The notes under the pieces were generated by a model, which was given only the letters and a program-made list of their open reading frames with translations, did no database searches and was not told the DNA's origin. A stretch of 42,230 bases of DNA from a virus (taxonomy: Duplodnaviria > Caudoviricetes), in the IMG/VR virus record IMGVR_UViG_3300020045_003820, positions 1 to 42,230 of that record. One strand, given 5' to 3'. Of this stretch, positions 35,732-42,230 are shown one piece after another. A program made the translations under genes and the position numbers. How positions within the stretch are numbered: the first letter of the stretch is position 1; each line of letters opens with the position of its first letter.

Positions 35732-36212
35732 CCCAAAAGGTGACGGGGTGGTGACGGGGTCAGAGGTTATTTTGAGGTTTTCGGGTAGGTTTCTCAAAAG
35801 GGTTTTTCAGTCTATAAAAATAGATATAAAAACCCTTTCCTCGAAAACCTCGGGTGACGGGGTGGTGACGGGGTCTGATTTCCCGGTAACTGGCACCATA
35901 TAAGGGTTTGAGGGTTATTGGTGACGGTGACGGGGTCTTTCTTTGAGAGACTATAGAATTTTTAATAGGGTAAAATAACCCCCCGACACCATACCCCGAA
36001 ACCTAGTTTCTATAGAAATCCTGTAGGAAGTCTTCTAGGCGGACGGTGTCACCCCCGTCACCAATAACCCTCAAACCCTTGGTGTTCTAAGGTTATAGCG
36101 GGTGACGGGGTACCCTTAGACCCCGTCACCTTTTGGGCCCTACCCCGTCACCGGCCTTGGTGCTCTAGGCGTTGCGGACTTTAGGTACCCCGTCACCCGT
36201 AAAAGCACCAAG
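35732..36212. repeat. Putative replication origin: ten GGTGACGGGG iterons and nested inverted repeats
   Basis: + copies at 35739, 35750, 35853, 35864, 35926, 36101; - copies at 36053, 36121, 36143, 36188; non-coding, directly after the primase-helicase gene. Confidence 0.8.
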
Positions 36213-36308
36213 TTTTTATGACACGACAACTAAGTTTTTTCTGCATAGATTGGTGTCGATAAAAAAGAGCCAAAAAATGATCAAAAATCGTGTTGAATTT
36301 TCAAAGGA

Positions 36309-36731
36309 TTGAAGATGCGAATTACGAGTAAGAAAAAAACAAAACGTGAGCGTGACGATGATAGCGACGAAAAAAAATTGAAGAGACGACGGTCGCGCGC
36401 CGCTCGAGCGAAGGGTCATACTTTCGAAAGAGAATGCGCGATCATGCTCCGTGAGTTTTACCCCGACGCACGCCGCCTTTTGGAAAACCATCGAGACGAC
36501 GCAAGAGGTGTCGACTTACTCCATACTGGCCGGTTACGAATTCAATGCAAGCGTCGAATTGACTACTCGCCCGTTTCCACCATCGCCGAGATCCAATGCG
36601 ACGAGCTGATAGCCGGGGAAATACCCCTGTTAGTCACGTCAGGCGACGGTAAGCGCCCGATGGTGGTATTGAGCCTTTCAGACTTCATCGCGTTCTTGCG
36701 CGATCTACAGGCCGCTGGTACGCTTCCGTAA
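36309..36731 (+). CDS. Holliday junction resolvase-like PD-(D/E)XK nuclease (start uncertain)
   Basis: KGHTFERECA...GVDL...IQCK pattern. Confidence 0.7.
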   Translation: MKMRITSKKKTKRERDDDSDEKKLKRRRSRAARAKGHTFERECAIMLREFYPDARRLLENHRDDARGVDLLHTGRLRIQCKRRIDYSPVSTIAEIQCDELIAGEIPLLVTSGDGKRPMVVLSLSDFIAFLRDLQAAGTLP

Positions 36732-36744
36732 ATTTTGACTTAAC

Positions 36745-36753
36745 TGCTATAAT
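36745..36753 (+). promoter_or_regulatory. Extended -10 element (TGCTATAAT) before the ParB-like gene
   Basis: Perfect TGnTATAAT 12 nt before the ATG; would give a very short leader. Confidence 0.4.
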
Positions 36754-36765
36754 GAGGTACGTCAT

Positions 36766-37440
36766 ATGGTGGCGCATGTAAAAGAGCTGGCCCCTAGCCC
36801 TACGAACCCGCGAGTCGTGACTGAGGAAAAGCTTAAACAACTCGGAAAGGCTATCGATGCTTTCGGTGATTTATCCGGTATCGTTTTCAATCGAACTACT
36901 AAAACCATTGTTAGCGGTCATCAGCGTGCTAAGGTCTTTGGGCCCGATGCTAAAATCACGATCGAGAAGAATTACCAAAAACCGTCAAGAACGGGAACAG
37001 TTGCGGAAGGTTTTGTCCTGGTATCAGGGGAACGCTACAAGTATCGTGAAGTATCATGGGATAGCGTTACAGAAAAAGCAGCGCGCCTGGCGGCGAATAG
37101 AAATGCTGGCGATTGGAATAACTCTTTGCTCGCTAACGACCTTCGCGATATCGCAGATATTGGTTTAGATTCTGATCTTTCCATGTTCTCGAAAAAAGAA
37201 CGCGATAAGATCTTTGCCGGCCTTGATAAAAAGCCAAAAACTGAAAAATCACGCTCAGCATCCGGTGACGTGAAAGAAATCAAATTGTCCTTTACCGCAG
37301 AAAATTATGAAACCTTTTTAGAAAACATTGAATATTTCCAAAAAATATTGGAAGTTGATTCTATAACCGACACCATTATTGAGGTTTTGCAAAGCGCCCG
37401 GGCGGCCCAGGAAGGTGACGTGAGTGACGAAGAAGAGTAG
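36766..37440 (+). CDS. ParB/Srx-like N-terminal domain protein
   Basis: LAPSPTNPR...FGDLSGIVFN...IVSGHQR and ANRNAGDW motifs. Confidence 0.8.
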   Translation: MVAHVKELAPSPTNPRVVTEEKLKQLGKAIDAFGDLSGIVFNRTTKTIVSGHQRAKVFGPDAKITIEKNYQKPSRTGTVAEGFVLVSGERYKYREVSWDSVTEKAARLAANRNAGDWNNSLLANDLRDIADIGLDSDLSMFSKKERDKIFAGLDKKPKTEKSRSASGDVKEIKLSFTAENYETFLENIEYFQKILEVDSITDTIIEVLQSARAAQEGDVSDEEE

Positions 37441-38662
37441 TTTAAAACTAAAGCCCTCGTTCAAAGACGATATCGCCAGTAAAAAGCGTGAGCGTTTTGA
37501 GCTAAGGCACGGTGATAGTTTAAAGGTTTTGAAAGATATTAATCCTAACACCTTCGATTCTATCGTAACCGATCCGCCCTACGGTCTTTCCTTTATGGGA
37601 AACCGTTGGGACTATGACGTCCCAAGCGTTGAGCTTTGGCAGGAATGCCTTCGCGTGCTTAAGCCAGGCGGTTATCTACTGGCGTTTAGCGGGACGCGCA
37701 CATATCATCGAATGGTTGTTGCGATTGAAGACGCAGGGTTTGAGATTTGCGATCAAATGCAATGGTTATACGGTAGGGGTTTTCCAAAATCGCACGATAT
37801 TAGCAAGGCTATTGATAAACAATTTGGTGTCGAGCGTGAGGTTATTGGTACTCGTGAAGTTGTCGATATGCGTGGCGGAAATTATAACGCACTAGAAATA
37901 AAAAAGATGCAGATGAAAGTTTTAGGCGACCCTGTAACCGCCGCCGCCGCCGCTAAGTGGGACGGTTGGGGAACTGCTTTAAAACCTGCAAATGAGCCTA
38001 TATGCGTGGCTCAAAAGCCTATCTCTGAAGACACGATAGCAAAGAATGTTTTGATGCATGGAACGGGTGGGCTGAATATTGATGCGAGTCGAATTGGGGA
38101 TAGTGGCGGCGTAGGTAATGTAATTGGGCAAGGTGAATTGCAATCGGATGGCTGGGGGACAAGAAAACCTATTTTTGATGATTCAACTAGAGGCCGCTTC
38201 CCAGCCAACATTTTGTTCGACGAATACGCGGCTGGGGTTTTGGATGAGCAGAGTGGGATTTTAAAGTCAGGGGCAAACCCAACTAGACGATCCTCTGATA
38301 AATTTAGAAGCGCTTACGGAGAATTTAAAGGTGAGGAGGAGTGTATCCCAGCCCGCGGTGCCGACTCAGGCGGCGCCTCACGCTTTTTTTACGTCTCTAA
38401 ACCTTCGGCCGATGAAAAGCATAGTGGTCTCGATGAAAGTAACTTTCATCCAACCGTGAAACCTATAAACCTTATGCATTATCTTATACGGCTCGTAACG
38501 AGGCCAGGCGGAACGGTGTTAGACCCTTTTATGGGTAGCGGCTCGACGGGTATTGCCGCTATCAAAAACGATTTTAAGTTCTTTGGTATTGATCAGGATA
38601 AAGAGTTCTTCGAGTTAGCGAAGGCACGCATCCAAGGTGTCTATAGGATTAAAAGGAAATAG
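37424..38662 (+). CDS. DNA methyltransferase (N6A/N4C, beta class)
   Basis: VTDPPY, GFPKS, GRFPAN, HPTVKP and VLDPFMGSGSTG motifs. Confidence 0.93.
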   Translation: MTKKSSLKLKPSFKDDIASKKRERFELRHGDSLKVLKDINPNTFDSIVTDPPYGLSFMGNRWDYDVPSVELWQECLRVLKPGGYLLAFSGTRTYHRMVVAIEDAGFEICDQMQWLYGRGFPKSHDISKAIDKQFGVEREVIGTREVVDMRGGNYNALEIKKMQMKVLGDPVTAAAAAKWDGWGTALKPANEPICVAQKPISEDTIAKNVLMHGTGGLNIDASRIGDSGGVGNVIGQGELQSDGWGTRKPIFDDSTRGRFPANILFDEYAAGVLDEQSGILKSGANPTRRSSDKFRSAYGEFKGEEECIPARGADSGGASRFFYVSKPSADEKHSGLDESNFHPTVKPINLMHYLIRLVTRPGGTVLDPFMGSGSTGIAAIKNDFKFFGIDQDKEFFELAKARIQGVYRIKRK

Positions 38663-38665
38663 CTA

Positions 38666-38779
38666 ATGCCAGAAATCCCATCGACTTTCGTCAGCGGTTT
38701 AGTCTACGGTTTCGGTTTTTGGATCGCCGCCGTGGTAGTTATTTTAATCTTCAAAAGCGTTGGTATCACTGCTTTTTGA
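38666..38779 (+). CDS. 37-aa hydrophobic membrane peptide (not in the ORF track)
   Basis: AAGGA RBS; MPEIPSTFVSGLVYGFGFWIAAVVVILIFKSVGITAF. Confidence 0.6.
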   Translation: MPEIPSTFVSGLVYGFGFWIAAVVVILIFKSVGITAF

Positions 38780-38830
38780 GTTTCCCAAAAATTCAATGAG
38801 TTTATCAGAGATTGGAGGTTTAATAGGTTT

Positions 38831-39499
38831 ATGGGCAGACCAAAAGGATCGAAAGATTCATCACCAAGAAAAAGTCCAGGCACTCGAAAAATGACGAATA
38901 AACAAAAACGCGATCGTGCAAAACTAAAAGCCGAGCGCGCGGAGTTAGATGCGCGAAAAGAAAAGGTGTCTGCTAAAAAGCCTATAAAACAAGCGGAAAA
39001 AACAACCCTCGGTGATCGTGCTAAGGGTTTGTTTGATGGTGAAACTGAAAAACCATTGAGCGGTAAACAGAAAAGTTTGCTCAATCTAAAAAAATTCAAT
39101 AAAGGCATAAGTCCTAATCCTGGCGGCGTTCCAAAATCACCGGAAGCGATCGAAAACAGGGAAACTCGTAAGCGCTTTAAGACCCTTACGAATAAGGACT
39201 TTAAAGAGCTTACGAATCTTTTGATCGATGGTGACGTTGAAGAGCTAAAAGTCGTCGCGAACGAAAGATTGAACGGCGTAAAGTCTTCCGGAAAATACTC
39301 GGCGTTGCAAGTTATGACGGCGACCGTTGCGCTCAATATCATGAGCAAGGGATCAGCTCACGATTGGGATATATTTCTGAATCGATTGATTGGCAAAGTG
39401 AAAGAGACTGTAAAAATAGAGGATTCAGCGCATGCAAGCTTACGTGGTGTCGTGCATGTAATGATCCCTTCCAACGGACGCGAGGCAAAACCAGCATGA
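38831..39499 (+). CDS. Probable terminase small subunit
   Basis: NLKKFNKGISPNPGGVPK and FLNRLIGKVKE motifs; upstream of TerL. Confidence 0.65.
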   Translation: MGRPKGSKDSSPRKSPGTRKMTNKQKRDRAKLKAERAELDARKEKVSAKKPIKQAEKTTLGDRAKGLFDGETEKPLSGKQKSLLNLKKFNKGISPNPGGVPKSPEAIENRETRKRFKTLTNKDFKELTNLLIDGDVEELKVVANERLNGVKSSGKYSALQVMTATVALNIMSKGSAHDWDIFLNRLIGKVKETVKIEDSAHASLRGVVHVMIPSNGREAKPA

Positions 39500-39849
39500 A
39501 ATACTTGGTTTTAACTGATAACCATAACGAAAAAGTACGAATCAATTTTGATTTGGTTCGCGAGTATCACCGTGAATCAGATAGTAGGCTTACAACGGTG
39601 ATAATCGTCACGCCGTTTACCTCAAATCAAGTTTACGTCCAGGAAACGCCCGAAGATATCGATTGGATGCTTTCCAAAGAGGGGAACGTCGTCTCGATAG
39701 GCGTGATCGCAAAACCGTCGACACCTGGCGGGGGCGGCGGATCCGGTGCGACGGCCGAGAACCATGAAAACCTTACTGATACGCTCGATGAAATCGATAA
39801 GGTGTCAGCTAGAAATTACGAAGAGACTTCAAACCCCTTGCACTTCTAA
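39496..39849 (+). CDS. FlbD/SwrD-like small beta protein (start ATG 39496)
   Basis: ATGA coupling; LVLTD...VRINFDLV...TTVII...VYVQETPEDI pattern. Confidence 0.55.
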   Translation: MKYLVLTDNHNEKVRINFDLVREYHRESDSRLTTVIIVTPFTSNQVYVQETPEDIDWMLSKEGNVVSIGVIAKPSTPGGGGGSGATAENHENLTDTLDEIDKVSARNYEETSNPLHF

Positions 39850-39860
39850 GGATTGACACC

Positions 39861-40187
39861 ATGTTTATCGACACCATCGACCTCAATTGTAATCGTCCTA
39901 TCCGCCTTAACCTCACGATGAAATCAAAGATTCTCTATATCGAATCTTTCGGCCCAATGCTTTCAAAGATCATTTACGAAAACAAAGAATCGCTGAAAGT
40001 GCCTATCGGGGCTGAGCGCCTCGAGGAACTGTTTAACGAATACGATCCGCAATCGTCGGTATCGTTTGCGTCCGATAAGTTCTCGCCGCGCAATATACTC
40101 GATAGCCAATCGATCAGCCCGCGGTCTACGAAACCAATCGAAGAGCATCCGAATCGTAAACATAAAAAACATAACGAAGAGTCGTGA
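39861..40187 (+). CDS. Hypothetical protein, possibly a distant paralogue of the preceding gene
   Basis: AAGGA RBS; similar beta pattern (IRLN...ILYIE...SKII...LKV). Confidence 0.55.
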   Translation: MFIDTIDLNCNRPIRLNLTMKSKILYIESFGPMLSKIIYENKESLKVPIGAERLEELFNEYDPQSSVSFASDKFSPRNILDSQSISPRSTKPIEEHPNRKHKKHNEES

Positions 40188-40190
40188 GCA

Positions 40191-40667
40191 ATGGGTATCG
40201 AAGAAAACCCGAATGACCTCGTCACCGCAATAAAAATTCTAGCTGAGGAAGTCGAGTACAAACGTAAAAAACTCGACTTCGATGCGTTGCTCGCAGTACG
40301 CAAAGCCGCGGCCGAAGTAAGCAGGTGCTTTGCTGAGTTTAACGACGGGAATATGAATCAAGTGGCATTCGGTGCGATAGGTGAGGCAATCGATTACCTT
40401 GACAACGCGCTTTACCATACGCGCATGATCGAGCCGAAACTAACCGAGTATTTTACTGGCGATGAAATTGACGAGTACATGCAAATCGATTGGGCAAAAC
40501 CGGGTGAGGATAGATCGATGAATATAGCAGTCGTTTATTGCGAGGCGTGTAAGCACAACCACCAAATAGAATTGCCCGAAGGCGCTTTGCAGCTCGACGA
40601 TGAATCAGTCATGGAAGGGATCAAACGCTTTCACGATGCAAACAACGTTAAGGTGTCACCTACGTGA
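40191..40667 (+). CDS. Hypothetical protein with a CxxC motif
   Basis: 158-aa ORF coupled to TerL by GTGA overlap. Confidence 0.6.
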   Translation: MGIEENPNDLVTAIKILAEEVEYKRKKLDFDALLAVRKAAAEVSRCFAEFNDGNMNQVAFGAIGEAIDYLDNALYHTRMIEPKLTEYFTGDEIDEYMQIDWAKPGEDRSMNIAVVYCEACKHNHQIELPEGALQLDDESVMEGIKRFHDANNVKVSPT

Positions 40668-42166
40668 GTAATCCGGCTGAGGAAATATTCGAAGAACCGA
40701 TTATAACCATAGCGCCTCAGCCCGGGCCGCAAACTCAATTTTTAGAAACCGTTGCTGATATTGCAATCTTCGGCGGCGCGGCCGGTGGTGGGAAAACGTT
40801 TTCACTTTTGCTCGAACCACTTCGTCATGTAAATAACCCAAAGTTTTCCGGCCTTATCTTTCGTAGATCATCGGTACAAATCCGAAACATCGGTGGTCTA
40901 TGGACTGAATCGACTCAACTCTACCCGATTCTTAACGGCGAACCGCGTACTGCGATGCTCGACTGGACGTTTCCGAATCCGATCGATCCGGAACTCGGCG
41001 GCATGATCATGAAATTCGCTTACCTCGAGCGTGACGCGGACGTTTATAACTTCCAAGGCGCGCAAACACCCTACATCGCATTCGATGAGCTGACCCACTT
41101 TTCCGAGTTTCAATTCTTCTACATGCTATCGCGCCTTCGATCGACTTCGGGCGTTCCCGGTTACGTGCGCGCGACGACTAACCCCGACGCTGATTCTTGG
41201 ATTCGTCAGTTTATCGATTGGTGGATTGACGAAGACGGTTACGCAATACCTGAAAGAAGTGGTGTCATCCGTTGGTTTATTCGGATGAATGACGAAACGC
41301 TTTGGGGTGATTCGGCCGAAGAATTGAAAATGCTCTACGGATCAAAGCAAGTTCCAAAGTCGTTTACTTTCATCGCTGCAAAGTTGAGCGATAACAAAAT
41401 ACTCATGGAAAAAGATCCGAGTTATTTCGGTTCGCTCATGACTCTTCCGCAAATCGAACGTGAGCGATTGTTAGGCGACGAAATAAAAGGCGGTAATTGG
41501 AACGTACGCCTTGCGTCGGGCATGCTATTTAAGCGCGACTGGTTTACCTTGCTCGATACCATTCCTGAGGGGTGGGTAGAATGCGTTCGCTTTTGGGATC
41601 GCGCAGCTACCAAGCCAAACCCCAAAAACACTGACCCCGACTGGACACGCGGGGTAAAGCTTTATCGCTACAGGGACGGCAATTACGTTGTCGGGGACGT
41701 CAAGTCAATTAGGGACACTCCCGGTCAAGTTGAGCTATTTATGAAAGAAGTGGCGGAAATGGACGGCCGCCGCGTGAAAATCGTTTGCCAGCAAGACCCA
41801 GGATCGGCCGGTGTTTCCGAGGCCGAGTATATGGTTAGACGCCTTGGTGCGTTTGAGGTTCGCGTTAAGATATTGAGCAAAGACAAGGTCACGCGCGCAA
41901 AGCCCGTCTCAGCTCAATCAGAATTCGGGTTTATCAAGGTATTGCGGGCACCGTGGAACCAGCCCTTCTTTTCCGAATTGATAAGCTTTCCTGACGGCAA
42001 ACACGATGATATCGTCGATGCACTATCAGGTGCCTATAACGAAATGCCAAACACGGTGTCGACGCTCGACGCTTACCGGACGCAAGGAAAAAACTATGGG
42101 AAAAAAGAAACGCGGCCCAATCATAATACCAGTGCAAACGCCGAAGTCCCCGGCGGTTATTCCTGA
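40664..42166 (+). CDS. terL: Terminase large subunit
   Basis: PQPGPQ, Walker A GGAAGGGKT, Walker B FDELTHF, RATTNP, WDRAA and FPDGKHDDIVDA. Confidence 0.95.
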   Translation: MSNPAEEIFEEPIITIAPQPGPQTQFLETVADIAIFGGAAGGGKTFSLLLEPLRHVNNPKFSGLIFRRSSVQIRNIGGLWTESTQLYPILNGEPRTAMLDWTFPNPIDPELGGMIMKFAYLERDADVYNFQGAQTPYIAFDELTHFSEFQFFYMLSRLRSTSGVPGYVRATTNPDADSWIRQFIDWWIDEDGYAIPERSGVIRWFIRMNDETLWGDSAEELKMLYGSKQVPKSFTFIAAKLSDNKILMEKDPSYFGSLMTLPQIERERLLGDEIKGGNWNVRLASGMLFKRDWFTLLDTIPEGWVECVRFWDRAATKPNPKNTDPDWTRGVKLYRYRDGNYVVGDVKSIRDTPGQVELFMKEVAEMDGRRVKIVCQQDPGSAGVSEAEYMVRRLGAFEVRVKILSKDKVTRAKPVSAQSEFGFIKVLRAPWNQPFFSELISFPDGKHDDIVDALSGAYNEMPNTVSTLDAYRTQGKNYGKKETRPNHNTSANAEVPGGYS

Positions 42167-42230
42167 GGTTACGACTGATAGCCCGATGACCGGCGTGCAA
42201 AACTCGGATCCGGGCGCCTATGGTTTTCAG
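42096..42230 (+). CDS. N-terminus of the portal protein (MGKKKRGPIIIPVQTPK...), continuing across the join
   Basis: AAGGA RBS; ATG 42096 is in frame with ORF 23..1822. Confidence 0.8.
   Translation, partial: MGKKKRGPIIIPVQTPKSPAVIPEVTTDSPMTGVQNSDPGAYGFQ
42110..42230. repeat. Terminal direct repeat, right copy
   Basis: Identical to 1-121. Confidence 0.95.

Noticed and set aside
36735-36753. TTGACT...TATAAT as a -35/-10 promoter
   Set aside because: Spacer is only 7 nt; only the extended -10 is plausible.
1-42230. Stop-codon reassignment, diversity-generating retroelement, introns/inteins, tRNAs
   Set aside because: Genes are intact in the standard code with all three stops used; I saw no reverse transcriptase, template/variable repeat pair, oversized interrupted gene or convincing cloverleaf.

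Overview
The window is an apparently complete ~42.1 kb tailed dsDNA phage genome; positions 1-121 equal 42110-42230, so the unit length is 42,109 bp. It has myovirus-type morphogenesis genes on the + strand (terminase, portal, head, short contractile tail, baseplate, fibre, lysis). A - strand replication arm carries a family A DNA polymerase, SSB, Cas4-like nuclease, SNF2 helicase and small early genes. A divergent + strand block holds a Cro-like HTH, a primase-helicase, an iteron-rich origin-like region, a resolvase, a ParB-like protein, a DNA methylase and TerS. I saw no integrase, CI repressor, tRNA, CRISPR array or reverse transcriptase. The most unusual signals are: (1) the 7-mer GGTGTCA, found by eye at least 36 times on + and 16 times on - (about 2.6 per strand expected), spaced roughly every 1.2 kb regardless of gene direction and resembling the origin iteron GGTGACG; (2) a repeated junction element linking four small early genes and giving three of them the same DECxxKPK C-terminus; (3) a GT9-like glycosyltransferase inside the baseplate operon, plus an SGNH esterase lipoprotein and an FkbM methyltransferase; (4) a membrane-anchored phospholipase A2-like gene in the holin position; (5) a stand-alone 2H phosphoesterase that is an Acb1-like anti-defence candidate. 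All family calls come from motif recognition and gene order, not database searches.
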